This document shows, one piece after another, positions 20,150 through 30,174 of a stretch of 64,000 nt of DNA. Source of the stretch: an uncultured Methanomassiliicoccus sp. (GTDB taxonomy: Archaea; Thermoplasmatota; Thermoplasmata; Methanomassiliicoccales; Methanomassiliicoccaceae); the NCBI GenBank assembly GCA_905203995.1, contig CAJKXZ010000004.1:28340-92339 (forward strand). Reading direction: 5' to 3'. Both the position numbers and the translations under genes were made by a program. Below the pieces are notes generated by a model that ran no database searches, had not been told where the DNA came from, and was given only the letters and a program-made list of their open reading frames with translations. How positions within the stretch are numbered: the stretch's first letter is position 1; each line of letters opens with the position of its first letter.

Positions 20150-20884
20150 ATGATTGGTTTCATCGGCTATGGTCACATGGGCGGAGCGCTCGTGCGAGGT
20201 CTGTTATCTCATGGCCTGCCGGCAGCGGAAGTTATGATTGCTACCCGCAGTCCGGCAAAGCTGCAGCCGCTGCTTGTTGAATATCCTGACCTGCAGCTGG
20301 CAGATATGGAACAGATCGCGACCGCTGATTTTCTATTTCTCTGTGTGCGCAGTGAAGATGCGCTGCCCGTTCTTCGCAACTTGTCAACTTTCCATGGCCA
20401 TTTAATCTCCATCAACGGCGGCATCTCCCTGGCGGAATTAGCGGCTGTTTATCCGGGGCCAATCACTAAAGCAATGCCCTCTTTGACGGCAGAAGTCGGC
20501 CGGGGGATGATGCTGTTATGTCATCAGGCCGAAAGCGCAAGCAATCTGGAAGTGGAACAGTTATTGTCTTCCGTAAGTACCGTTAAGCTGCTGCCCGAAG
20601 CACAGTTTGCCGCTGCTGAAAATCTCACTGGCTGTTCACCGGCATTTTTTGCCTGTTTTGCACAGTTGCTGGCTGAAGGTTCAGCTTTGCCGCTTGAAGA
20701 TGCGGAAGAAATGATCACGGAAACTTTGATCGCAACCTCCGAGCTGTTAAAAGAACGAAAAATGTCGCTGGCTGAATTGATTAAAGAAGTCGCGACTGTC
20801 GGCGGCATCACCGAAAAAGGACTGGCCGTGATGGATAGCGAACTTCCGACAATCGTCAAAAAGATGTTTGAAGCGATGCATTAA
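20150..20884 (+). CDS. Pyrroline-5-carboxylate reductase-like NAD(P)-binding oxidoreductase
   Basis: N-terminal Rossmann motif IGFIGYGHMGGAL, as in ProC/F420-dependent NADP reductase families. Confidence 0.5.
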   Translation: MIGFIGYGHMGGALVRGLLSHGLPAAEVMIATRSPAKLQPLLVEYPDLQLADMEQIATADFLFLCVRSEDALPVLRNLSTFHGHLISINGGISLAELAAVYPGPITKAMPSLTAEVGRGMMLLCHQAESASNLEVEQLLSSVSTVKLLPEAQFAAAENLTGCSPAFFACFAQLLAEGSALPLEDAEEMITETLIATSELLKERKMSLAELIKEVATVGGITEKGLAVMDSELPTIVKKMFEAMH

Positions 20885-20938
20885 GCTCCAAAGCTTAAGA
20901 AGGTTTATCTAAGATAATATGTTCATCTGGATAACTAA

Positions 20939-21030
20939 GGGCTCGTGGTGTAGCTTGGATATCACCGAGGCCTCCGGCAGGAACTTCCTGGAGACAGCCT
21001 CAGACCCGGGTTCGAATCCCGGCGAGCCCG
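20939..21030 (+). tRNA. tRNA-Arg (anticodon CCG) with 18-nt intron at canonical position 37/38 (intron 20978..20995); CCA not encoded
   Basis: Hand-folded cloverleaf. Acceptor GGGCTCG/CGAGCCC with discriminator G. D arm with A14, G18G19, A21. Anticodon stem GAGGC/GCCTC. Loop C-T-CCG-G (m1G37 context). T arm CCGGG-TTCGAAT-CCCGG. The intron forms a helix-bulge-helix-bulge-helix with two 3-nt bulges (GG^C and AC^A) separated by a 4-bp helix CUCC/GGAG. Confidence 0.85.
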
Positions 21031-21340
21031 CTCAATGCCTCGGCGATAACTAATCGCAGGCGGTGAGCGCGGGATTGTTTTTGATATTATTTTTGAATTA
21101 ACTATATATTCAACACTTTAGTCGCCAGCATTGAATTTTTTAGCTGGTGAAGATACTCAATAAAGAATGATTGTTAGGGGAGCTACATCATTTCGTCGTT
21201 GGTGTTATTTTTTGAAATGCAGACGGAATGAAGAATGCCAAGTCACCATCGTTCGTAATTTACTTATCTTTTAATCCAGCTATGGTCAGAATGTTCTGCC
21301 GGGAAGACTTACTTCAAATTGCTCCCGTATAGAACAATAA

Positions 21341-23821
21341 TTGTCAAAGGAAGAGATGATGCCAGATAAGATCGAGATCCGTGGCGCGCGTGTGCACAAT
21401 TTGCAGAATATTGATATCGATATTCCCCTCAATCAACTAGTGGCAGTCGCGGGTGTCTCTGGCAGTGGAAAATCATCACTTGCTCTTGGTGTAGTCTATG
21501 CCGAGGGTTCACGGCGTTATCTCGAAGCACTTTCTGCTTATACGCGCCGAAGGCTGACCCAGGCAGCAAATGCTGATCTGGACAGCATTGAAAATGTACC
21601 GGCGGCACTTGCGCTGCATCAAAGGCCAACAGTGCCTAATGTCAGAAGCACTTTCGGTACGATGACTGAGTTGCTCAACAGCATACGGCTGATGTTTTCC
21701 CGTCTTGGCAGTCATCGCTGTCCGCAGGGCCATTATCTGCCGCCTACTGTTAAGGTGGCCTTAGACAAAAATCTTGTTTGCCCGGTGTGTAAAACGGAAT
21801 TTGCGCCGCCCAGCGCTGAAAGCTTTTCATTCAATTCCGACGGTGCTTGTCCGACTTGTTCAGGCACGGGAGCGGTACGGGAAATCGATGACAGCAAGCT
21901 CGTTCCCGACCAAACGAAAACATTGGCAGAGGGAGCGGTCGAAGCATGGAATATGTTTGGCATCTCCTGGATGTACCGGGTGGCCGGAGAACTCGGCGTA
22001 AGGCTTGATGTTCCTTTTCAAGAGCTTTCCGACGAAGAAAAGAAGATCATTTACGAGGGTGAAGAGGTCAGCAAGTACGTTCTTATTCCGTCAAAAAACG
22101 GCAAAATGTTCGATCTGAATTGTAAGTACCGCAATGCTCATCAAGCGGTAGTCGAAGCTTTAAACGGTGCAGAAACCGAAAAAGGTTTGGAACGGATCAA
22201 TAAGTATCTGGTCGTGCACGACTGCCCCGCTTGCGGAGGCACGAGGCTTAGTGAGAAAGCCCGTTCCTCTCTACTTGTTGGCAAAACGCTGCCGGAAGTT
22301 TGTGCGCTGACTTTAACAGAACTCATTGCCTGGGTAAAAGAAATTCCCGCGCAGATGCCGAAGGACTTACGCGCCATGGCAGAAAGCATTGTGAATGAAT
22401 TCTTAGGTGTTTCTGCCCGGCTTATCGATTTAGGGCTTGGCTACCTAACGTTAGATAGAACTGGTGCAAGTCTTTCCACTGGTGAATTGCAGCGTGTTCA
22501 GTTAGCCCGTGCCGTAAGAAACAAAACAACCGGTGTACTTTATGTGCTAGATGAACCGTCGATCGGCTTACATCCGGCTAATGTGGATGGACTGCTAGAA
22601 GTAATGCGTGATTTACTAGCTCGTGGCAATTCAGTGATTGTTGTCGATCATGATGTGCGTGTTATTGAAACAGCCGACTACGTAATCGAAATGGGTAAGG
22701 GCGCGGGGAAAAACGGCGGGCGGGTCGTTTCCTGCGGTTCAGTGGCTGAAGTTGAGAATGACCCAGAAAGTATCATTGGTAAATACTTAGCAAAAACAGC
22801 CAGCATAACTGTCGGTAAAAAGATTGATAAAAGTGAAATTTTCGCCGAGGGCCGCATAAAGCTCTCTACACGCCCTCTTCATACTGTGCACGCTCTTGAT
22901 GTCGAGTTTCCCAAAGGCCGGCTGACAGCCGTTACTGGTGTTTCTGGTTCAGGTAAAACCACTTTGATTTTGGAAAGCCTGATTCCCGCCCTGCAGGCAA
23001 AAATTACAGATACTGAACTTCCGCAACACGTTAAGAGCATCGAAGCGGAAGGCATTGATCGTGTAAGTCTGATCGACGCGACACCTATCGGCACCAATGT
23101 GCGGTCTACGGTTGCGACTTATTCTGGCGTCTTAAACGATCTGCGCAAAGCCTTCGCGGCCACCAAGGAAGCTAAAGCCTTAGGATTAAAGGCTAATGAT
23201 TTTTCATATAACACCGGTAAGCTCCGTTGTCCTAACTGTGACGGTACGGGCCAAATATCCTTAGATGTGCAGTTTTTGCCCGATGTCGATATCATCTGTC
23301 CTGACTGCGGTGGTCTGCGTTACTCGAAAGAGGTAGAAGCTGTGAAAATCGGCGGGGCAACAATCGCTGAGTTCATGGCCATGAGTGTGCACGAAGCAGT
23401 TGACAAATTATCTTCAAAACCGAAAATTAAAGAAAAATTACAGACTCTTGATGAACTTGGGCTTGGTTACTTGACGCTTGGTGAGGGTACACCAGCACTT
23501 TCAGGCGGGGAAGCGCAAAGACTGAAACTCGCTACAGAAATGGGCCGCAAACAAGAAAGCACCGTATTTGTTTTTGATGAACCTACTATCGGTTTACATC
23601 CCGATGATGTACGTCTGCTGCTCACGCTTTTCCACAAGTTGATTGCCAGCGGGGCGACAGTTCTCGTCATTGAACACGATCTTGACTTAATTGCCAATGC
23701 GGATTATATTATCGACATGGGACCAGGCGGTGGATTGGAAGGAGGACGGATTGTTGCCGTAGGTACACCTGACGATCTTGCCCATGCCGAGAAGAGCATT
23801 ACTGGTAAATACCTCTGCTAA
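21341..23821 (+). CDS. uvrA: UvrA-family ABC ATPase, class II type (lacks UvrB-binding domain)
   Basis: Two ABC modules (GVSGSGKSS.. twice; LSGGE signature twice) and UvrA Zn modules. The region between CPQGHY and CPVCKTEF is only ~20 aa, whereas E. coli UvrA has a ~115-aa UvrB-interaction domain inserted there. Total length 826 aa. Confidence 0.85.
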   Translation: MSKEEMMPDKIEIRGARVHNLQNIDIDIPLNQLVAVAGVSGSGKSSLALGVVYAEGSRRYLEALSAYTRRRLTQAANADLDSIENVPAALALHQRPTVPNVRSTFGTMTELLNSIRLMFSRLGSHRCPQGHYLPPTVKVALDKNLVCPVCKTEFAPPSAESFSFNSDGACPTCSGTGAVREIDDSKLVPDQTKTLAEGAVEAWNMFGISWMYRVAGELGVRLDVPFQELSDEEKKIIYEGEEVSKYVLIPSKNGKMFDLNCKYRNAHQAVVEALNGAETEKGLERINKYLVVHDCPACGGTRLSEKARSSLLVGKTLPEVCALTLTELIAWVKEIPAQMPKDLRAMAESIVNEFLGVSARLIDLGLGYLTLDRTGASLSTGELQRVQLARAVRNKTTGVLYVLDEPSIGLHPANVDGLLEVMRDLLARGNSVIVVDHDVRVIETADYVIEMGKGAGKNGGRVVSCGSVAEVENDPESIIGKYLAKTASITVGKKIDKSEIFAEGRIKLSTRPLHTVHALDVEFPKGRLTAVTGVSGSGKTTLILESLIPALQAKITDTELPQHVKSIEAEGIDRVSLIDATPIGTNVRSTVATYSGVLNDLRKAFAATKEAKALGLKANDFSYNTGKLRCPNCDGTGQISLDVQFLPDVDIICPDCGGLRYSKEVEAVKIGGATIAEFMAMSVHEAVDKLSSKPKIKEKLQTLDELGLGYLTLGEGTPALSGGEAQRLKLATEMGRKQESTVFVFDEPTIGLHPDDVRLLLTLFHKLIASGATVLVIEHDLDLIANADYIIDMGPGGGLEGGRIVAVGTPDDLAHAEKSITGKYLC

Positions 23822-23928
23822 AAGGTTGCTGCCAGGTACGCACAATACCTATCTTTCAAAATAAAATACTTAGTTGATTACCTAGTCTTTAAGAACTTAA
23901 GCAATGTCATATAAATATTAATTTACAT

Positions 23929-24378
23929 TTAAAGTATAAGTTCGAGTTGAATGTTTACTCGCTCATACTCCATATTGTCGATGGGAACTTCTTTAAAACC
24001 CCTTTTTTCGTAAAGATGCATTGCCGCGGTTAAAATGCGGTTGGAAACGATCATCATTTTCTTTGCTCCATGGCAAATGGCAAAGTCAATACACGCGTTT
24101 AATACGGCAGAACCTGCGCCTTTTCCTTGATAATGTTCATCAGTGGCCAGTTTGCAGATTTCCCACACATCATTTTCCCGCGGGAGAGTCATGCAGGTGG
24201 CAATTACTATCTCACCTTCTAAGGCAAAGAAAACACCCGCTCCTTCTTCAATTAACTCTTCCACGCCGTTGAGCATGGCGACATCCTGCGCTTCTACGAC
24301 AAAATATTTTTCAAGCCAGGCAAGATTCAAATCAATGAACTCTTGCTTGTATTGACTTTGATAGGGGATGATTTCCAT
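23929..24378 (-). CDS. GNAT-family N-acetyltransferase
   Basis: GNAT motif A (HYQGKGAGSAVLNACIDFA). Confidence 0.7.
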   Translation of the reverse strand: MEIIPYQSQYKQEFIDLNLAWLEKYFVVEAQDVAMLNGVEELIEEGAGVFFALEGEIVIATCMTLPRENDVWEICKLATDEHYQGKGAGSAVLNACIDFAICHGAKKMMIVSNRILTAAMHLYEKRGFKEVPIDNMEYERVNIQLELIL

Positions 24379-24561
24379 AATTGATTACACTGCTTGTGAG
24401 CACTACCAACTTTTTAAACATAATGGATTTTTTTTATGACAGGGATAGATCAGTTACACTCTGTTAATTGATTTTTAGCGATAACGAGTCAGCATTACCA
24501 GGTCGGTGAATGCTTAGACTTGGTCATCGCTTTTTGATTTCTTAATAAATTAAATAACTCC

Positions 24562-26049
24562 TCATTCAAGATTGATGAGCTCTTTTTTAGGATATGTAAC
24601 GGTGTACTTAACGGCTAACTCAACAGCTTCCCGCGGTTCGATCTGGCATTCCCAGCAGAGCTCACCCGTTTCTTGATTATATTCGGCCCCGGAAAGTTCG
24701 ACGGCTTCTACGGTAATCGCCTTGGAAACGGCGACGGGGAGCTGATCTAATATTGTGATCTTGATGCTTGTCTGACGCGTATTTTTAATTTTAATCTGCC
24801 ACGCTCTCTTGACTTTGTGATTAGCGCCCATCAGTGTGGAACTGGTGAAGTCTTTTCCTTTTATCCGGCTGACAATTACGCCGCGGTCTTTGCCTAAAGA
24901 TACGTTCAGTACCTCATCGGCCCGGCGGGGATCAATCATCATCTCGCCTACGTAAGTATTGCCGACATAGATCGTCGCTGGTCCTTCTAATAGATCAAGA
25001 GCTTCCCAGCCGGCTATTTTAGCCAGTAAGAAAACGTCAGTATCTATCTTAGGTATGCAGAAATGCTGATAGGTGGCATTAAGCTCATAGCGGGCTAACT
25101 CCAGCCGTTCACCATCGCCCAGAGCTGGGAGGGAGACGGCCGTGGGCAGTACGAATTCCAAGGAATTACCGTTCTGTCGAGCTTCATAATTCCGGAAAGA
25201 ATATTCTTCATCCAGTATTTCTTCACAACAGTCAAGCTGACATGCACTAATCCTTGCTGTCGGCTGTTCAATATCAAGATACCACGGCTGCAGTTCCGGC
25301 GGTGCTCCTTGCAACGAAGGCCGGCTTGAAGAGAGAATCATTGAGACCTCTTGCCAATCTTCACCCGTGTTTTGATAAACTTCTGCTTTAGAGATCAACA
25401 GTGCCGGATGCTCATTATCCTTTACGCGTAATTCATACAGGGGAGTCCAACCAGCCGCGTGCAGGAAGTACGAAAGCAGAACGTCGATTTCTGTCTCTTT
25501 CTCTGCTGATACCTCAACAGTAACTTCGATTGCTGAGGCTTGTGCAGTCTGTGTATAACGTCCCAGCTGAGACAAAAGGTACTCTCTCTGCGTCTCTAAC
25601 TCCTTTTGTTTTTTCTGCAGGCTGAGTCTTTCTGAAGAAATTTCTTGCAGTCTTTGACGGTAGTACGCTTCCATCTGCTGTAAATCATCTAACTTAAGAC
25701 CCTGATCGCTGCCTACTTGTCGATTCGCCTTTAAAAATTCACACTCGTCTTCTAAAATATCTTTTGTCGCCAGCAGCTGGGCTAGATTTTCTTCGCAGTC
25801 GGCCAGCTCTTCTTGTAATTTTGTGATAGCTGCACTCATTTCTGCTTCTGGGGAGTCAGAATTGCGACTCGTAACCGACATTAGCTGCGCATCACCATTG
25901 ATCTGAGTGGTGAGGCTGCTGAGAACAATTTCTGCGGGGAGGTTAGTAAAGATAATCTTATTTTTTCCTGAATGGACATTGACCTTTAAGGTACGAGTGA
26001 TCTCGGCTCCCTGCTGAAAAACTGTTACTTTGGTAATCTTAGAAATCAT
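24562..26049 (-). CDS. Conserved hypothetical protein, DUF4139/DUF4140-like (N-terminal beta domain, central coiled coil)
   Basis: 495 aa; a long heptad-like segment (AEMSAAITKLQEELADCEENLAQLLATKDILEDECEFL...), with beta-rich domains flanking it. Confidence 0.45.
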   Translation of the reverse strand: MISKITKVTVFQQGAEITRTLKVNVHSGKNKIIFTNLPAEIVLSSLTTQINGDAQLMSVTSRNSDSPEAEMSAAITKLQEELADCEENLAQLLATKDILEDECEFLKANRQVGSDQGLKLDDLQQMEAYYRQRLQEISSERLSLQKKQKELETQREYLLSQLGRYTQTAQASAIEVTVEVSAEKETEIDVLLSYFLHAAGWTPLYELRVKDNEHPALLISKAEVYQNTGEDWQEVSMILSSSRPSLQGAPPELQPWYLDIEQPTARISACQLDCCEEILDEEYSFRNYEARQNGNSLEFVLPTAVSLPALGDGERLELARYELNATYQHFCIPKIDTDVFLLAKIAGWEALDLLEGPATIYVGNTYVGEMMIDPRRADEVLNVSLGKDRGVIVSRIKGKDFTSSTLMGANHKVKRAWQIKIKNTRQTSIKITILDQLPVAVSKAITVEAVELSGAEYNQETGELCWECQIEPREAVELAVKYTVTYPKKELINLE

Positions 26050-26282
26050 CTAATTTTCACGCTCCTTCTTTGTGTAATCACTAACCGCTACCACTTAATT
26101 TTCAGGACCTATTTAACCATCAAGACATAATTCTCGGGGGAGATGTGATTAAGCAGGTTATCTTTCATTAACCTCTTGATTAAATGTAATTCAGTAACAA
26201 ATTGTGCTTAAACTTAAAACAATTAACTTCTAACTATTAGCAATCTCCTGACGTATTTTCTGTGTATTCTGCTGCTAAAGGA

Positions 26283-26299
26283 TTTACGAACATGTTCGT
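26283..26299. promoter_or_regulatory. Palindromic operator candidate TTTACGAACATGTTCGT upstream of mtaA
   Basis: Perfect 14-bp palindrome ACGAACATGTTCGT 73 nt upstream of the mtaA ATG; a near-identical copy is at 28175..28191. Confidence 0.5.
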
Positions 26300-26371
26300 G
26301 CTCAGCTTGATTATTGAAAATACGTTATCAGACTGGGCAAAGATGGATAAAGACTGCAAGGGAGTGATATC

Positions 26372-27400
26372 ATGAGTGATCTGACACCAAGGGAGAGATT
26401 CTTTAAAGCCATGCACCGGGAAGAGGTTGACCGGCCACCGGTTTGTGGCATGACAACTACGGCTACCGTAGAACTAATGGATCATGTCGGTGCGGCATGG
26501 CCTGATGCTCATACCGATGCCCGCAAAATGGCAAAAATTGCCTTAGGCGCATATGATTACCTGGGCTTGGAATCAGTAAGAGTTCCTTATTGTTTGACAT
26601 ATGAAGCGGAAGCCTTGGGCTGCACAATCGATCTGGGTAAAAAGAACAGCACGCCCATGGTTAAGAACAGTCCTTTCAAAGGCGATGTCGATCCTAACTT
26701 TGAATTGATGGGTCCGGAAGAGATGATGAAGCTAGCCAGGAATAAAGCCGTGGCTGATTCTGCGGAAATTATCATCAAAGAAAGAACTGTCGACTTACCG
26801 ACTTTACTGGGGGTGACCGGACCGTTCACAATCGCTGGTCATCTAGCTGGAACAGAAGGACTCATCCTCTGGACTTTAACCGATCCTGATATCGTGCGGA
26901 AGTATACTGACTTCACCAGTGACTATGTGAAAATGTGGTTGGAGTTTGTAGAGACACTGGGTATCGACAGCATCCAGATGAGTGAACCTACTGCTTCCTA
27001 CGATATGATCTCGGAAGACATGTTTGATGAATTCGTCCTGCCTAATCTGCAAAAAGTCTACAAGCCGCTGAAGCAGACGATGAAAGTGCTGCATATCTGC
27101 GGTGATACCGTCCCCATCTTACCGCATATGGCGGCCACCGGTGCCGATGCTCTAAGTATTGAAGAAAAGGCTGATCCTTACAAAGCCGTGCAGGCGGTGG
27201 GTGATAAAGTAGCTTTGGTCGGAAATGTCGGCGTAGTAAGAGATCTTCTCCAGGGTACACCGGAGACGGTTATCAAGTCAGCGCAGACGAGTATCGATGC
27301 TGGTTTCAATATCATTTCCGCCGGCTGCGGAATGTCAGCTTTGATCAAAAAGGAAAACATCTGGGCGATGGTCAACGCCACTAAAAACTACAAAGCCTGA
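26372..27400 (+). CDS. mtaA: Methylcobamide:CoM methyltransferase, MtaA/MtbA/CmuA (URO-D-like) family
   Basis: Full-length match to the MtaA pattern (PPVCGMTTTATVELM..VGAAWPDAH, VRVPYCLTYEAEALGC, HICGDT, ISAGCG). Confidence 0.8.
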   Translation: MSDLTPRERFFKAMHREEVDRPPVCGMTTTATVELMDHVGAAWPDAHTDARKMAKIALGAYDYLGLESVRVPYCLTYEAEALGCTIDLGKKNSTPMVKNSPFKGDVDPNFELMGPEEMMKLARNKAVADSAEIIIKERTVDLPTLLGVTGPFTIAGHLAGTEGLILWTLTDPDIVRKYTDFTSDYVKMWLEFVETLGIDSIQMSEPTASYDMISEDMFDEFVLPNLQKVYKPLKQTMKVLHICGDTVPILPHMAATGADALSIEEKADPYKAVQAVGDKVALVGNVGVVRDLLQGTPETVIKSAQTSIDAGFNIISAGCGMSALIKKENIWAMVNATKNYKA

Positions 27401-27448
27401 AGAGACGGCGCTCCGCGCACATAGTTTATGTGCCCTGGCCGCGCCTTT

Positions 27449-28048
27449 CTATTTTTTCTTAACGGCACTCATGCCGAGATTGAGATAATTAAAGACGATC
27501 TTTCGTTCAGCTTCTCTAATCATCACGCTGAGGGTTGATTTGGCATAACCCAGTTTAGCTGCCAGTTCCTCAATGGTGATGCGGCGGGGAATGTCATAAT
27601 AGCCTAACTTGTGAGCAGCCATTAGGGCGTCTTCCTGTTTTTCGGTTAAGATCGATTCTTTGCTCACTCTATTGGTAGAAATCATCTTCACTTTGTAACC
27701 TTCGTGACGCATCCGCTCCATCAACATATCGACATAAGTGCTATTTAAACTGAAAATACCCCATTCAATGATGTCATCAGTAAAGGGTATTGCCGACGTA
27801 AGAAAACAACCGGATTCGGCGAGAATGCTGGCCAGCATGCAGTTGTTGTTGGAGACCATTGCCAGATATTGCTTGGGTGAGATTTTCATAATCTCGCATT
27901 CGCCGTAGATGCTGGTAATCATGCCTTCCTGCAGTTTATCGCTATGCTTACCGTCAATGTCGGTGATGCGGATCATTGAATAACCGGCACCTTTCGCTAA
28001 AACTGAACACTGGGTAATTTCAATCCGGATATTCTCTTCATTAATCAC
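27449..28048 (-). CDS. Transcription regulator with C-terminal HTH_10 (bacterio-opsin-activator-type) domain
   Basis: C-terminal YYDIPRRITIEELAAKLGYAKSTLSVMIREAERKI is characteristic of the HTH_10 family. Confidence 0.6.
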   Translation of the reverse strand: MINEENIRIEITQCSVLAKGAGYSMIRITDIDGKHSDKLQEGMITSIYGECEIMKISPKQYLAMVSNNNCMLASILAESGCFLTSAIPFTDDIIEWGIFSLNSTYVDMLMERMRHEGYKVKMISTNRVSKESILTEKQEDALMAAHKLGYYDIPRRITIEELAAKLGYAKSTLSVMIREAERKIVFNYLNLGMSAVKKK

Positions 28049-28174
28049 ATTGACTGGCAGGAGTCGATGGCAGGGATGACCATCTGCGACGCATCCGTTG
28101 ATTTTTCTGTCAATCAGTAGCCGTGTATATTGGATGGTTTCACCAATTAAGTATAGAATTAGTACTATTATTGT

Positions 28175-28191
28175 TTTACGAAGATGTTCGT
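28175..28191. promoter_or_regulatory. Palindromic operator candidate TTTACGAAGATGTTCGT in the divergent regulator/MFS promoter region
   Basis: 16/17 identical to the site at 26283..26299; 78 nt upstream of the MFS ATG at 28269. Confidence 0.5.
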
Positions 28192-28268
28192 AATTTTAGT
28201 TATCCATTTGATGACGATATCATTCCTGCAGTTTTGATTCCTAAGTCTTTGCCCGATGGAGGAATTCA

Positions 28269-29555
28269 ATGTCCGTAAATCCCGAGTTAAAAGCAAAGAT
28301 GCTGAAATATCGGTGGGCCATCTTTATCATCCTAGCGATAGCCTACTTTTTTGTCTATTTCCATCGTGTATCGACGACAGCAATGTCTCCTGATATTGAG
28401 GAGGCCTTTGGTATCGGAGCAGCAGCTGTCGGTCTCTTGGCCTCGGCATATTTCTACGCCTATACAGCAATGCAGCTGCCGAGTGGAATCTTCACTGACA
28501 AATGGGGTCCGAAAAGATCAGCGACCGTTTTCATTATTATCACGGCCATCGGTTCGCTCATCTGCGGCTTAGCTACCAGTTATGCCATGCTGATTGCTGG
28601 TAGGGTTATCATTGGTGTTGGTGTAGCCGTTATTTACATCCCCATCATGAGAGTACTAGCCGTCTGGTTCAGGAAAGACGAGTTTGCTTCCTTGAGCGGA
28701 ATTCTGCTGATGGTTGGTAATGTCGGAGCGATTGCCGCAGCGACGCCGTTAGTCTTGATGACGGAAGCGCTCGGCTGGCAGAACGTCTTCATTCTCTTGG
28801 CAGTTATTACCTTCATCATCGGTCTGATGTGCTGGATTATTGTCAAGGACCACCCCAAGGACAAGGGCTACCCCAGCATTGAAGAAATCGAGTCTGAAGA
28901 AACAGGCAAGCCCATTGAGGAGTCCACTTCGGAAAAGATGTCTATGGTGGAATCACTGAAGATTACCTTCGGCAGTGGCAGAAAGTTCTGGACCCTGGCC
29001 ATCTGGTTCTTCTTCATGTACGGTTCAATCATGGTTTACCAGGGTCTGCAGGCCGGTGCCTACTACACCAATGTTTATGACTGGAACAAAGACACCTGGG
29101 GCATTCTGCTGACCTTAGTGGGTGTGGGTATGATTATCGGCTGCCCGCTTGCCGGTGTAATCTCTGATAAAGTCCTCCACTCACGGAAAAAAGTATTGGT
29201 TCTGGGTACGCTCATCTACACCATCATCTGGGCCGTAATCTGGTTAATGTCCGGTAAGCTGGATTCGCTGGTAGCGCAGGGTATCATCAACTTCTGCTTT
29301 GGGTTCTTTGGTGGTTTCTTCGTCGTCTCTTACGCACAGGTCAAAGAACTTTACCCGGTTTCGATCGTCGGCGTTTCCACGGCTGCCTTAAATCTCTTCC
29401 CCTTCCTGGGCGGAGCAATTCTCCAGAGCATCTCTGGTTACATTGTCGCTGATAAAACGCCAGAACAGTTCCAAACCTTGTGGATGATTATGTTCATCTG
29501 TATGGTTATTGCCACTATCTGTGCGTTCTTATCATCGGAAAAACAGAAAAGCTAA
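28269..29555 (+). CDS. MFS transporter (oxalate/formate antiporter-like, 12 TM)
   Basis: 12 hydrophobic segments; MFS motif GRVIIGVGVAVIYIP; central hydrophilic loop. Confidence 0.7.
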   Translation: MSVNPELKAKMLKYRWAIFIILAIAYFFVYFHRVSTTAMSPDIEEAFGIGAAAVGLLASAYFYAYTAMQLPSGIFTDKWGPKRSATVFIIITAIGSLICGLATSYAMLIAGRVIIGVGVAVIYIPIMRVLAVWFRKDEFASLSGILLMVGNVGAIAAATPLVLMTEALGWQNVFILLAVITFIIGLMCWIIVKDHPKDKGYPSIEEIESEETGKPIEESTSEKMSMVESLKITFGSGRKFWTLAIWFFFMYGSIMVYQGLQAGAYYTNVYDWNKDTWGILLTLVGVGMIIGCPLAGVISDKVLHSRKKVLVLGTLIYTIIWAVIWLMSGKLDSLVAQGIINFCFGFFGGFFVVSYAQVKELYPVSIVGVSTAALNLFPFLGGAILQSISGYIVADKTPEQFQTLWMIMFICMVIATICAFLSSEKQKS

Positions 29556-29615
29556 ACTCAATCTCCTCCAAACTCGTTTGAGGGATGCAGGACTTAGTTC
29601 CTGCATCTTTATTTT

Positions 29616-29972
29616 TTAGGCATAACCTTCGAGATGTGTGTTGTTTAGCGATTCTTTGTAGCGGCTACCCCAGAGTTCCATAGAAGTCAAGACGTTTTTT
29701 AAGCTGTAACCTAAGTCGGTCAGCTGATACTCTACCCGCGGCGGTACTTCGGCGTAGACGGTACGAATCAACAAATGATCTTCTTCCATTTCTCTTAAAT
29801 TAGAAGTTAAAACTTTTTGAGTGATGCCGCCTACTGATTTTCGCAACTCGCCAAATCTTTGGGGACCGTTCATCAAATCTCGTAAAATAAGAACTTTCCA
29901 ACGGTTGCTGATTAAGGAAAGAGTTACTTCTACCGGACAGGGCGGCAGTTCTTTGGAAGAATCGCGGTTCAT
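29616..29972 (-). CDS. HxlR-family winged-helix transcription regulator
   Basis: CPVEVTLSLISNRWKVLILRDL...PPRVEYQLTDLG is the HxlR signature. Confidence 0.8.
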   Translation of the reverse strand: MNRDSSKELPPCPVEVTLSLISNRWKVLILRDLMNGPQRFGELRKSVGGITQKVLTSNLREMEEDHLLIRTVYAEVPPRVEYQLTDLGYSLKNVLTSMELWGSRYKESLNNTHLEGYA

Positions 29973-30174
29973 TTTTCCACCTTCAATAGTATCTAAATGA
30001 ATGTTACCGACAGTATATAATGCTTAATCCCTGTTGATACTACTAAAATTCATAATCTTATGCAGAAGCGCAGGAGGTGATCGTCAGCGGATGAGCACCA
30101 GCGCCTTTAGCCAAGCGTATCTTTTTGAGATTACTAGTGGAAAGCGATATATTGCACTTCAGTCATGAACAACT

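Noticed and set aside
20939-21340. Integrated mobile element at the tRNA-Arg gene
   Set aside because: No integrase, transposase or direct repeat of the tRNA 3' end was found downstream; only an AT-rich spacer followed by uvrA.
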